Source of the DNA: Saccostrea echinata | Taxonomy: Eukaryota | Length of the DNA: 64,000 nt | NCBI RefSeq assembly: GCF_033153115.1 | Contig: NW_026889803.1 | Coordinates: 33,294,001 to 33,358,000, forward strand | Reading direction: 5' to 3' | Shown here: positions 11,534 to 25,300 of the stretch, in pieces | How positions within the stretch are numbered: the stretch's first letter is position 1 | Layout: each line of letters starts with the position of its first letter | Made by a program: the position numbers and the translations under genes | Notes under the pieces: model-generated | What the model was told of the DNA's origin: nothing | Database searches by the model: none | The model's input: only the letters and a program-made list of their open reading frames with translations

Positions 11534-14500
11534 CTAACGCATCGTATCTGATTGGTGAGTTGAAGCAGCAACATTTCCGCCATTGTTTTCCCTCATTTTT
11601 ATTGTGTGCTCAATCAAAGAAATACACACAAAGACCCAGTTATACATATTCTGAGCAGGAATGGATCCAAATTTTCCAACTTCTCCATGCGGTACATCTG
11701 TATAAAAATATATAATGATAATAATTGTATGTTCTATTCTGATATTCAAAAGGTTAGTATGTTAACCATATCAAGGTTCTGAGACATTTAAGGAAATACA
11801 AAATATTTATTGCCATTTGATGATGCACAATTTCCCGTCCATGAAGTAGTTTTAAAAATGATGAAATGTATACAGTATAAGTAAAAGGCACCTTTTAAGA
11901 AGACTTCTAGTTTCTCTGGTGGGATGAGAGCATGGTCGCTGGCTGCTGTTGGGTCATACTCTGTTATCTTCTGTAGCAGTTCATTGTTGACATACTACAA
12001 TTAAATCTTTTACCATAACAAGACATTCAATAGAACAGGAAATAAAAGAATCATTAATTTCTGCAACTAACTCTTTCAAATCTAAATGTCTAAAAAATAA
12101 AAGTCGCTTCTTCCATAAAGAAAGTGATTCACAAGATATTGATCGAGGTTAGAAAAACTCTTTGGCAACTAGTGTATTTTTCAGTTCCATCATGATCAAA
12201 AGAAATCAGCATACAATGACTTACATTTCTTAGATTGGTCCAATCATCCACTTCTCCACTTTCCACCTGGTCCAAGTGGAAAATGGCCACCACAGCCTTG
12301 ACAATGTTCTGCACTATCTTAGGAGGCTCATTGTAGCTGCGTAATTCAGCAAAGGATTTGGCATCAATCTTGGAGACATTCTCTCTGAGTTCCATCAGCA
12401 TCAACCGGTCAAACATGATGTCCATCCTACTGTCATCATCCTTTTCTGCCTCTGTAATTATAAATCAATAAAGTAATTTCACCCGCTATACAGCTAACTA
12501 ATGTAAGTATCAACACATGGTTTTGAATTACCGTAAATGAACATGCATTGTAATCAAAAGTCTGAAGTACAAAATTTCCATTCATATTTCAAAGAAACAT
12601 TCTGATTTACAGATAAATTGATAAGATTTTGTAGGTTTATTTTAAGCAAAACAATTTTGAAGAAACAAGGGAGATAATTGTGCAATTACCTAGAACAACA
12701 GTTTTGTCCACTTCTCCTGAGAACTCCTTGGTGATCTCTTTGTGAGCCTGGTTCAGTAGTTTCAGCATTCTCTGAACCTCTCTGTTCTCATGTTCTGGTA
12801 GGTTCTTTAGCTCTCCTATACTGATGTCTACCACTGCCACTGCTCTCCCCTGGTCATCACGGAGAGGGAACGCTAGGTGCCGTTGTCCATAAGCATCTGC
12901 TGACACGGTTTCAGAGTTGTCCACACATTTGAACAAATAATCCCTAAACGTAACATGTAAGTTACAATAATTTTTTTTGTAAATTATAATATCATAACAC
13001 TAAAAAGGGAAGCAAGTTAAGAGAACTTATGCATGAAGCAAACATAAAATTGAGATTTTTGCAAAGTATTAACCACACTTAATGTTGCTGTCTAGTTTTC
13101 TCTTTGTAGACTATAAGCTGCATAATCATTTGAATATGTAAATTTTAAAAAGTTTCTAAGGAAGTTAAACCACAGAAAATTAGCTGCATATCCAAAGATT
13201 AAACAATGGCATCACCTTGACCCTTAACACCTTACCTAAACAGATTGTCTTTTCTCTCCAGCCTGGGGGGACTCAGAAGGTTCTGCACATTGCCTTTCTC
13301 GTCGGTGATCATCATCTTGCGGAGAATGTAGTCACCTTGGTCAGTACCTGGTTCCACCATGTACGTCACAATTTCCTGTACGTGGGGACTTCGACGATGG
13401 ATCCAGGACACAGCACTCTCGGTGATTCTCAGTAGTTTTTTCTTCATGTCTATGTTGTGGTATGAGATACTGAAAGATTTGGCCACTCCCTGGAGAACAT
13501 CAAATCAAGACAATTTTAATTTTTTTTGCAAAATATGTATCATCGTACTTAAGTTTGAAGGACAAAATATTATCTACTGAGTTATTCTGGTTTGATATAA
13601 ATCTCATCAATCTGAAATCAACAAGGCACATCCTGAAATGAGAATTTCTTAGTGAAAACATTATCTTAGGTATAGTTACACCCAGTAATTTTATGATGAC
13701 AAAGAATGTAAGTGGTGCTAAAATGAACCTTTTCCCAAAGCTTTTTCTCATATGCCATTAGCTTTTGTCAATAATCATACTATTAGTTATCATCCAACCT
13801 TCTCCAAATACATGTACATTTGTATTTAAAAAGAAAAGTTTCAGTAAGCCGTAGGAATTAATACTGTAAAATCACTTATTTTCGAGGGATAAAATTTTCA
13901 TGGTTTGAGGAACAAATATTGATTTGTGGGGATTTGATTTAGTGGTTGGTAGACAAATATAATACCAGTTTAAAAATTTTAACATTTTGTGGAGGACATG
14001 AATTCATTATACCATGAAAACAAAGAAAAATTAAACTTGCACAATAATAAGTGATTTCACAGTAATCCAATTTGAAATATATATTTAAAAAAAAAAGACT
14101 ACATATGTATACCTGGAAGAACTGGATTTCATGAGTGATGAAGATGGTTTTGGTGTGGTGGTCATTCATGGTGTCAATTCCAAGCAATCCAAACACTCTC
14201 TTCCTCTTGTCCTTTAATGGCACCACAATGAAGGACCCCTCCCTGTCCTGTTAAAATTCCACAAATGGTCAGAAAAAAATATTATGATGACTAAGAATGC
14301 AATATCCATGTCCCATGTATTTTTTTCAAATCAAGGAGTAGCATTTTTGGCTATTTATAAGATTTTGTATGACTTTACACAATTCTTTTTTTTTACCTCT
14401 GGAAGTCTGTAGGGGTTCCAGAACTGTATATTTCCATGGTTTGCCACTCTGGGGACATGGATTGGTTTACCACTCTCCACAGCAGCAAAACTACAGTAAA

Positions 14501-17500
14501 ACATGGCATATGAGAAATGAAACATAACATAACAGGTACAGGTTCACTAACTTAACATCAGTTTATACATAATCCTGACAAAACAAAGTAAGTTAATTTC
14601 TAGTACATACCTGATGCCTTTCATGTCTTTATACAATATTTTTCCTAAGAGGTAGTCAGCGTCCTCCATAGTGGCTGCCACGTAACGTAAGCAGACATTG
14701 CCTCTCTCTGGATCTGCTGTGTTTCTCTCCAGCATGGCAATGTTAGCACTGATTCTCTTCCCTCCACCATGGGCCTCAGCATCCTAGAAACAAATGCAAA
14801 TGTCTTATATTGTTTATGGTACGGATGCCCTCACTCAAAAAGATGAAGAATTACAGCATTATTCCAAAAATTATTTTTAAAAAAAATTAATGTTATTCAG
14901 AGAAAATACAGAATACTGGGTAATTCTGCCCCCATTTTATTTTATTTTCATGCCTGTCTTTAGTAGCTGAATTCATAATTACTGGTAAGCAAATTAAAAC
15001 AAAGGTATCTCCCTTTAACACAACTTTTAAAAATGGGCTTAAATCATTTACAGGTGTGATTTGGTGAAAAAAAAGGCAAAAATAACCCTATATGCAGTAC
15101 ATACATAATAGAGTGACTATTATATATAAAAGAACACTCCCACAAAGTTTTTCTCCCTTCAAATTTGAAATGAATATATTTGAATACTGTTCGTTATCTC
15201 GATATTTCATTGCATACCTTATACAGGGCATTGAATACAGCTCTGTACACTGGTTCCATGCTGGCTCCACCAGTTTCAGCTGCGGTCACTATCTGCTGAA
15301 GCCACTTCTTCCTGGCGTCACCACGGATCCTCTCGGCATATGAACGCTGTGGTGAATCAATTGATGTGAATAAGCAAATGCTTTATCATATACATTTACA
15401 CAGTTGGAAAACAGGTGAGTTAACACCTTTGAAAATTAAAAATGTTCTGTTTTGTCTAAATCTCCTTCAAAGTTTGGCTTTCCAATTTTTTTTGATAAAC
15501 AATCAATTAATTTCTAAAATCACAATCACAAATCACTACTAAAAATTAATTACATTTCTAAAAAACACAATCCTTAATAACTACTATAGGTAATTATTTC
15601 TAAAAAAAAAAAATGTTGCTCCAATACCTCTACACTGTTGACTAGGAATTCTACAAAATAATCGAAAGAATCTGCTCCCGGCATTTCATCCACCACCAGC
15701 TGTACAAAGGTGCGGAACTCTCTCTTACTCAGTCGGTTATCTGCATACTTAGACTGCTTCTTCAGGGTAGCCTTGGCTGAAATTTATAAAAAGTTGTTCA
15801 GATTTTACTGCTTGAAACTTATTCGAGTGTATTCAAATTGGAGCACAAAAGTAGGTCACACACCATTCACAAATTACATGTTAAATTAAAAAAGTTTACA
15901 TGTATGAAGTGTATAAACATATCAAAATAATGAGAGTGACCATGAATTAATGCATAAGTAGTACTTAATTAAGAATCTTTTGCAGTGGGTACTTTTTACT
16001 TACCCCTTTGTATGGCCTCTGTCTCTTGTCCCTCTTTGTACTTCTGCATCACAGTTTCCACGTCCTCCATGTCCAGATAGCCACACCCATCGTTGTCCCA
16101 CTTCTCAAACAAGGAGTCCATCATGTGCTTCCTCTGTGTGGACAATGCCTCCTTTCTGGCCTGTTAAAAGCAGAGAATTTTTGTCATAAACAGTAGCAAA
16201 ATCAGTCTGAATTAAAACAAATGTTAGTGATATTTGTGCACTTACAAAAATTATTAAAAATGGGACATATTCAAATGAAACCATTTCAACCAACTTACAG
16301 CAACTCTGATATAAATTTCACATTTGTTACATAACCCATATCTTTTCAAAATCTTGTCCCTATGTTATATCCAGGGCATTGAAAAAAATGATGGTACATC
16401 AAAGCTTATTCAGCATGTATTCAATATTCCTCAAAGTAAAGATCTTAAAGGTGCTTGGACACAGATTTGAAGTTAATATTTTCTCAAATTTTCTGTATAA
16501 TTTCATGACTTATATGTTGCTATAGCATTTCATACTAAAATATAATAAAAATCTTATTTCATCTCGAAGTTAATGAAACATCAAATTTCTGGATGCGTTT
16601 GATTGACACATCCTTGCACTTTCACAAATTTTAATTTTGTTCTTAATACTTAAGAAAAGTGGCAATGTTGTTGTGTATTAATAAAAAATATTAAAACTAT
16701 AATCCAAAAAATTCAGAGTAGATATGTTCGAAAGCAAAACCCACTCACAGTATTGTCAGTCCGTGCTCAGTGGTGTGTGCAGACTTTAACAATTGAACAC
16801 ACCCAGTGAATTGAAAACATTAACAATAACAGAGCTTGTGCCCTATTTACAAAAACAGTTTACGTTTCACGGGTGTATTCAATTTGTTAAACTCTGTACT
16901 CAACACTGAGCACGGGCTGACGATATTAGTGAGGGGGTTTGCTTTCGCACATTTCTACTCTGAATTTTCTGGATTATAGATGTAATGTTTTTCATTAATA
17001 CACAACAAAATCGCTTCTTTTCTTAAATATTAAGGATAAAGATAAAATTTGTGAAAGTGCAAGGATGTGTTAATCAAACGCGTCCAGGAATTCGTAGTTC
17101 AAATAATTTCCAGATAAAATAAGTTTTTAATTATGTTTTCGTGTGAAATGCTATTGAAATATATAAGTCATGATATTATACAGAAAATTTGAGAAAATAT
17201 TAACTTCAAATCTGTGTCCAAGCACCTTTAACTTTTGATGAAATAAAATGAAGCTATTTTGTTTTTATGTCACCTTCATCAGTCGCTCCATTTTCTCTTC
17301 CTCTGTTTCCTCGTAGCCATCTTTAACGTATTTGGTCAGCATGTCAAAAGCTTCTTTTGTGGGCTCATTACCCAGGAAGGTCTCAGTGAGGGTCACAAAC
17401 TGGGAGACATTCAGCGAGTTCTCGTCAAAGGCTGACTGTCCAGATCCCTTGCTCATTGTGGTCAATGCTGATAAAGGATTTAAAAAAATAATTGAATGAG

Positions 17501-20500
17501 GCTATACTTATGGATATTAAACCATTATTATTGTAGATAATTAATGGGACCCTTGTTTTTTGTTTGTTCGTTTCTGTTTGCTTTTTTATGAAATAGTGGG
17601 TAATTCTATCAAAGGGTGACAACTCTGCAAATGACCTGCTATATTTATCTTAAAAATTCAGTTGATTTTCTTTGCAAGTAACAAACAACATATTTTTTCT
17701 CTTTTCTTTGTTACCTTGCTTTAGATGTTTTAGAGCAGTAATTAAGGACTTTTACCTGTTTTCTCTCTATGAAAAGTTGTGCCAGCAGCAAATTTGACAT
17801 TGCCTTTTTCTTCCTCAGTAGCTGTAGTCACTGAAGATGGAGCTGCAGAGGTTTTAGTGGTATCCTTTCCTAGAAAACAATTTAAATATTTCTTTTTTTC
17901 AGTTTCTAGAAAGACTGCAGATATAGAAAATAGACAATTAAATACTAAGTCCATTAGATACATCTGTACAATCTTTGCCTTTGATTCATAATGAGACTCC
18001 AATTACATAAAGCAGCATTTCCAGACTATAATTTGTTACACTCTTGAGTATTATAGATCAAAGCAACTGAAAGTCACAGAACTGAACAAAAAGCATGCAA
18101 TGCAAAGAACAAAAAAAAATTACAAATGCTTCTGGGGAAACAAACCTCCATCTACTCCAACTGAGGAGGCCTCTTTCTCAGGTTTTGGAGGCTCTTCTTT
18201 TTGTTCTTTTTCCTCTGATTCAGCTTTGAGTTCTGACTTTTCAGGCTCTGGTTCAGCAGTTTCCTTCTTTTCCTCTGGTTTTTCCTCTGTAGGAGGAGGA
18301 GTAGCAGGCTTGGTCTCTGCTTTTTCCTCCTGTTTTGTTTCCTCTGATGGCTGTTCCTCTTTTGTCTCCTCTGTCTTGGCTTCCTCTGCTGGTTTTTCCT
18401 CTTTCTTTTCTTCTTCCCCTGATTTTCCTGCAGACTTATCTTCAGTTGTTACTGTTAATACTTCTACCTCTGGTTTTCCCGGTTCCTCTGGTTTAGGAGA
18501 AGGTGTTGGTTTTTCCTCAGCCTTTTCATCTGGCTCAGCACCAGGTGGTTCAGCTGTGTCTGGTTTCTGTTCTGGTTCAACCTCGGTTGTAATCGGTTTA
18601 CTTTCAGCAGTAGTGGCTGGGATTTCTATTTTGTCTTCACTAGTTTGTTCGGTTTCCTCTGGTTTTTCTGGTGCTGGTTCAGCTGGTGTAGGTGATATAG
18701 ATGCAGGAGTTGGTTCGGTAACTAATTGAAGCAGGTAACAAAACATGCAGGGAAATGTTTCAACTTTCAAAAAATGTGCCAATATATTAAAGCATCTCAG
18801 AGTAATGAACTTTTATATAAAAAAATATATATTTTTTAGATTTTGTTTCCTTCAATGTTTCTGACCATCTTGGTCAAAATATTTTAAAATGCAGTATTAA
18901 TTATATTTAAATCATTTAGGATCCTGTATTTGTTCATCACACCTCATTTGATGCTCTAACATAAAGCATTAAGTAATTCAATGTACACATTTGTGGGTTA
19001 TGGCAGTAAAAGATAAAATGAACAATGCAGATTTTACAAGCAAAGCAGGGTGATGGATTGAAGCCTCACCAAATACTGATTAAATAAATCACACAAGATA
19101 AAGCTCACAAATTATTTCTTCATGTCATTTCACAGATTTATTAAATAAGAAACATTATAAATCTCATGTTAAAATTTTATAACATTAAATCGAATTTGAT
19201 ATTTTTTTATGTATATTCAGGCCAAGTTTGCAACCCATTTTACATATAACTGCTACTTCCTGGAAAATCTACATATATATAATTATGAACAAGAAAATAA
19301 ATTAATCCAATGAAATAACAAACAAGAAATAACAATAAACTTTACAGACCTGTTGGAACAGTAGTGGTTTCTTCTTCATCATCAAAAATATCCTCAACTT
19401 CATCTACCTCTGCAACAGGCCCTAGAACAATAAAACCATTCAAATAAAATTTTTGTTACAGGACTTGAATCCATTTGTTGAACAAGGCCTTAGAAATGTC
19501 CTAGCACATCACTAGAAGAAATTCTGGTGAAAGACATACTTTCCCTTTGAATAAATAAATACTATAATAGTGTCTGCATGGAGAGTGAAAGGGTTGTTAG
19601 GGGCATATAAAGGATTACTCTATACCACAGAATAAACTTTCTATACAATAGAAAAAATATGTATATATACTGTAAATTTGTGTGTAAAACCCAAAGCACT
19701 CTGATTCAACAAACAAATTCAATGATAAACCTCTACTCAGACTTGTTTTATTACACATATGTTTCCTTAATGTATTACAGGTTTTTCTTGCTGATTTTTC
19801 TTCTGACTTACATCTGCGAGGGTTCCGAACATTTTTCTTAATGTCTTCTTTAATGGAATCCCAGAATGCCTCAAAAAGGCTAAGGATTCTGTGTCTGTCT
19901 AGCAATCCAATCTGAAGAACAAATTAAATATTGTTTTATTTTCAACTGTATTTAACATTCTAAAGAGAGAGAGAGAAAATTATAGGATAAAATTTCACTA
20001 CAGAGCTATCCCTAGGCCTTTGACTTACTCCACTGTGATCACACGTAATGAAGAGGTTCGTTAGCACAATTCTCCTTTGCTCTCTGTTAGCAGCAGCACG
20101 ATGAGACTCAGCACACAGAGACAAGTGCTGCATGAACTGCTCAAAGACCTCATAGCTGAAGTCGTCCACAAACATTGTCAGATACTGAAAAATCAAGAGT
20201 CTAACTTAAACCCTTCACAAGAAGAGTGGCTCAAAAAAATATATTTAGAAGAAATACTTCTGAAGAAAAATCAAATCTATTTTGTAAATGTGAGTGTTTA
20301 GTATAAACTGTTTTTAATACTGTCTACTTTTCCATTTTAATTTCCAAACCTTAGCGAATTCCTTGACAGACAATGCCTTTCCTGACTCATCGGTTGGTTC
20401 CAGAGCTCGACTGAGTTTAAATCCATCTTTCAAGTCTTCTGGGAAACTTTCTGCTATTTCAGCAAATGAACGTAGGGCATTTTGTACCTAAAAAATTTAA

Positions 20501-21885
20501 GAATAAAAATTAATAGATTATTCATATGTAAGTAAACAATATATATCGACAGTTTTCTATTGTTTGTGTCTCTCTTCTTCTTTACTGCTCTAAACAATTC
20601 TTTTAATGTTGTTTTGTGCATATATTCTAAACTTGAGATACTGGCCCAATGTTGTTGATGTAATGCCTTATATATGATTGTGCTTATTGATATTAGTTTG
20701 TTTTTTTTTAAAATGGAAGTTTAATTCAGTCAATTTTCAAAACAGTAAAATTGGTTTAAGACAACAAACCAAAGGATGGACTTTATATCTGAATAGACTG
20801 AAAGATTTTTTTCATTTTTTTCCCATCATAAAGTCTAATAATTTTGTTTATACCAGAGACAATTCTACTCTGCTGTCGGGCTGGACATGCCATTCCTGGA
20901 ACTGTTTCATAAACATGGCTTCTCTCCTATCTCTCTCTTCCTGTTTCACTCTCTCCAGACGATCTCTCTCTTCTCGACGTCGCTTGGCTTCAGCTTTTAT
21001 TCGTGCTAATCTGATTGTGTTATGATAAAACTCATTGATAATACCCATTGAAAAATTCTTGCACAACATTTTTAGTGACAAGCTGTACAATTTATAAGGT
21101 TTTAAATGATATTAGAAAAATATTAGTATAATTATAATATGATGTAGATACATTAACTCTCAGGGTTTTGGGGGCTTCTTTGTTTGTTTTTTGAATTGGT
21201 TTTGTTTTCGTTTTTTTAAATCATACTTACTAATAAATACACATTAAGTGTGAAATATAGAATCTGATGGTTAAATGATTTACACTGAATTATAACATTA
21301 CCTATTATCTTCAATGTTAAAGAGCTGTTTCTTTAGCTCCTCAGAAACTTCTCTAATTCCTCTTACATAGGGTGAAGCCTCTGAGAAGTTACTATATTTA
21401 GGGTTGTTTCTCATCATGTGTTGTGCTAAGAAATTAATTGGGTTAAAGTCTGGATCTTCCATGTTCTCGTCAGTCAAGCCACGTTTATCAGCTTCTGATA
21501 ATAACTTTTCAACTCCAAGGATCAGAGTTGGTAAAACTTTGTCAACCATGTATGTTCTTACTTCTAATGTAGCCTCATTGTCATTTAACCAATCTCTTGC
21601 AAGAATCTCAATGGGGATTTTGCGAGCCAGTTTCTTGGCATTTTCTTTCGAGCTTTTAACTTGCTGTTTTTTGTCATTACGCATTCCAACTAATTTTTCC
21701 ATCATGCTTTGTTCATGCATTCGTTTCCATCGCCTAACAGCACTTCTGACAATGGGGCGAGAGTAATCTGTGGGGGATTTCTTTCCACTCCCTGGTGCTG
21801 ATCTCTGTCCCGTGGATCCAGCACTACGCGGGGCAGCCATGGTTACCCGTTTGGTAGGGCTTCCTGGTTTCTGAACATCAGCCAT
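11534..21885 (-). CDS. EFCAB5: EF-hand calcium-binding domain-containing protein 5-like (~1309 aa), 20 coding exons: 21885-21302, 21010-20854, 20487-20350, 20184-20029, 19911-19812, 19421-19350, 18721-18146, 17869-17756, 17467-17274, 16160-16004, 15776-15628, 15346-15218, 14783-14611, 14490-14397, 14247-14113, 13489-13236, 12943-12690, 12451-12225, 11994-11892, 11697-11534
   Basis: [18 protein letters not shown]...[16 protein letters not shown] (Dpy-30/RIIa-like); EF-hand [14 protein letters not shown]; GAF-like [18 protein letters not shown] and [17 protein letters not shown]; C-terminal [11 protein letters not shown]. All phases close (3930 nt). Confidence 0.88.
13862..14064. mobile_element. 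Tc1/mariner-type MITE (~200 bp, TA-flanked)
   Basis: tactgtaaaatcacttatt ... aataagtgatttcacagta. Confidence 0.7.
16449..17227. mobile_element. 779-bp fold-back element with TTAA TSD (Kolobok-like, AGG...CCT termini)
   Basis: ttaa|aggtgcttggacacagatttgaagttaatattttctcaaattttctgtataa ... ttatacagaaaatttgagaaaatattaacttcaaatctgtgtccaagcacct|ttaa. The arms pair almost to the centre (~16840). Confidence 0.88.
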
Positions 21886-22087
21886 TTCTATCAGGCAATG
21901 AAAATGTATACAAATCAATGCAAAGATTTTTTTAACTGCAATAAATTTATAAGACACGTTTTGTATGGCCATATACTGATATATTTGTGTTAAGCACCAA
22001 CAGGTAAATCGGCAAGTGCTTGACTTCTGATGATTTTAATGTATCTACATATTTGCAGATTCTTGAACAATAAGAAAGGTTACCAAC

Positions 22088-22375
22088 CTGGAATTTCTTT
22101 TATGCAAAATGTATAAGTTTTTCACATTTTGTAAATAGTTGTTAGTCCTCCATTACTCGTTGCTAGGAAGGAAGTCTTTGTCTATCAGACGCTTTAGTCA
22201 GGTGCTCGGCTTCCGTGCATGCGTAACTCCAAACGGAACTTGTAAGTTTCAGGAAGAGAACAGAATCTCGTTTGTTTTTGTTTTGGCAAACTTCACTGTC
22301 ACTAGTGTCAAGCACATTTACTTAAATGATGTGAATACCATTTTGCGAAAAAGAGGAGGGAATAAATTGTGGAAG
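22088..22375. promoter_or_regulatory. Putative bidirectional promoter EFCAB5/SSH with X-box-like motif
   Basis: Only ~490 bp between the two ATGs. Candidate EFCAB5 non-coding exon donor at 22087. GTTGCTAGGAAG at 22159-22170. Confidence 0.55.
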
Positions 22376-25300
22376 ATGGCTCTTGTGACAGTTCAAAGAT
22401 CTCCAAGCCCCAGTAACAGCACTGCAGAATCGGTAAATGACAATTTTCTTATTGTTTTGTGGAAAAGGGAGAATGTAAATGTTCTGCAGTTTTTCAGACA
22501 CAAAGTTAAAATAACCCATACACAGGTGAAATGACACAGATAGTAGGTGAGCTTTGAGTGATACAAGGTTACTGTGTCAATTTGGAAGTATCAATATGAC
22601 ATGATAATTGATATTGACAAGAAATGGTGTGTACTGATTCACAGAAATTTGATAGTGATATGTGGAATAACAATTGTTACTATAAACAGTAAATATTACT
22701 TTTAGTTCTTTGTTTGGCTTTACTGGAAAGTCTGCTAAGAGAGTAAAAGTTTTATTGCACAAAAAGAGTTTTTGATTAAAATGAGTAATTTTTAGACAAT
22801 AGTTTTGAGGTAATGCTGGTACTTTAATGCATTTTGATATAAAGATTTTCCATTCCCTACTTTGTAATTAAGAAAAAAATCGAATTGTCAGTTTTTCTTG
22901 AAGCAAAGGACATTAATGAGAGGGGATGTCTCTCAATTTCTTTAGATGTAGCTGCAGATCTGTAGCTCACAGTCTGAAAAAAAAATGGGATGGATGAACA
23001 GAGAGCTACATGCAGTTTCAGTCATTCAAAAAAGTGAACACAATTCTCAAGTTATATCTTTATGTTTTAGCTGCCATCTCAATGTGTTACTAACTTTGTT
23101 CCTAACTGATTATTTTACTATGTACTTCAACATCATTCTCCCACAGTTGTTTTTAATGGCTCTCCTAGGCTTGATAATGAAACCATCAAAATATTGCCTG
23201 TTCATACTGCCAATTTTTCTGTCATTGGATGGGTGTTTATTTTAGATTAACAATGACAAGGAGGGGAACATAAAGATCAATATTGAAAAGGATATATGCA
23301 ATATCCTAAACCATATTTCTAAAATCTGGGGCTCATTGATTAAATTGTTATAGTTTGTCTGTATGTGGATTTTATACTCTAGGACAGGAAATATTATTCG
23401 GAGAAATATTTGTTCTGTCAGATATTTGAATTTACATAGTTTAGCATGAACAGTGCATTCAAATGCAAACAAAAGTGTTACATAATTCACTGTTCTGATA
23501 ATTCCAAATCCCAAAGCGGTTCAATTTGGTGCCAATAGTCACACATTCTTTGTAAAAGTAAACAGTTTAAATGAAAGAATATGGGTTACAAGCCACTTCG
23601 ATTAATTTTCCTGTATACTCATAAAACTGCAAAGCTTATGATAACCAAGCTTTTATACTGGAACAACAAAGGAAGAAATATTTCATTCTAATGAATTGTA
23701 ATGAGGTGAAATTTACATGCATATACCAGTAATTGTGCAGTCCTGATGAATGTATGTCTCTCCATGTTTTTGAAAGCAGATTGTGTATAGAAATTCACAT
23801 ATTTATATTTATTGCAAGGTCATACAATCCACTCTCTGTTCAATAATCAATATGATGGTGCATGAACATATTTTTCCAATTATTTTCAACAGGAGGAGGT
23901 GGTATCCGAAGATGCAGATGAAGTCGACGCAGCAGGAAAAGCAGCATCACCCCCTCGACAGCGCAGGTCAGTGACAAGTACAACGTACTCAAAGGGAAGA
24001 GGGGACTTGTTCACAGCGTAAACTATTTCTAATTTCAAGAGTGGCTGATTGTAGACTGCTTACAGTATTTGAACTCATGCTATTGGGGTGACTAGCTTAC
24101 ACATCCTGAGAAAAACTTTAGATCATATATGTTTACTGAATATTAAGGCTGTGCAATAATAATTTTCAGTTATAATCTTTAGGGTTTTCAATTAAAGGTC
24201 TTAATTATTATATAAGAGGAAACTATACAGTTCCAATTGTCCTGTTGTCTGGGTACAAGGGTGTTCACCTGAGAAGGCTGTATGTATTGTAATCTTACTC
24301 TGTTTATGTAAACGAGTGAATTAATACAAGATATTTATGGAATGCCAAGCATCCTTGTTGTCATACAGTCTTTATCCTTGTGCTCCTAAAATTTCCTTTC
24401 TGACCTAAATTTGAGAAATAGCTATAAATTAAAAAAAAAAAAATAGATCACATTAACTTACTATGCTTAGTTATCACTGGCCAAAAATAATGCACCAGTA
24501 TGGCAGTACAAAGGGTGATGGCTCTCAGCTGTCACAAGATGCATTGTAATTTTATTTCTGATATAGGGAAACACAGCTGAAATTTTGATATTATAATGTA
24601 AGGATTGAAGTACCTGGATATACTAGATTTAAAAAAAAAAATTAGACCATGAGGACCAACAGATAATATCAGTTAGCTAGTGAGGGTTCTTAATTCATTC
24701 CCTCAAAGGGACATTATTACATACTGTAAAAGAATATTTCTGGCATACAAAATGAAATGCCTCACTATAGTCTACCCCTTTTCTCTCTTCTTTCACACTA
24801 AGTGTTATATGAGATTATTTTTTTGATATATGAAATTTACCACAATTCGTATATTTCTTTCTTAAGATTTTATCTTGTATACAGCAATCTGCATATCAAA
24901 AAATGTAATCATAGAGTGAAGTGTATTGTGGCATTGAAGAAATTGCTGATTCAGAAACCAAAGATATTGAATGTAAAGATATTCTTGTAAAACTTAATCA
25001 TCAAAATCTAGTCAAGTGTCATATACATGTACTGGTTTTTATATTTTTAAAATGAGGAGGTCAAGAAGCTGGGGGACTCATCCTTACTTTAAAAAAACCT
25101 TTTACATTTTTATCTCATAAACTCATGAAAACATTTTTGTATCAATTATTTTTATTTCACAGTTGTTTCTAATCAGATCTAAAATTAGCCCAGAGTTAAA
25201 TAAAACCAAGGTAGATCTCTTTTCTTCAATTTGAAACATATGGGACAATTTCCTTAAATTGTCACGGTTGTTATTGTACCTGGGTGGGACAGGGCTTCAT

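Noticed and set aside
18100-18729. 209-aa Ser/Phe-rich plus-strand ORF
   Set aside because: Antisense shadow of the E/K/P-rich EFCAB5 exon.
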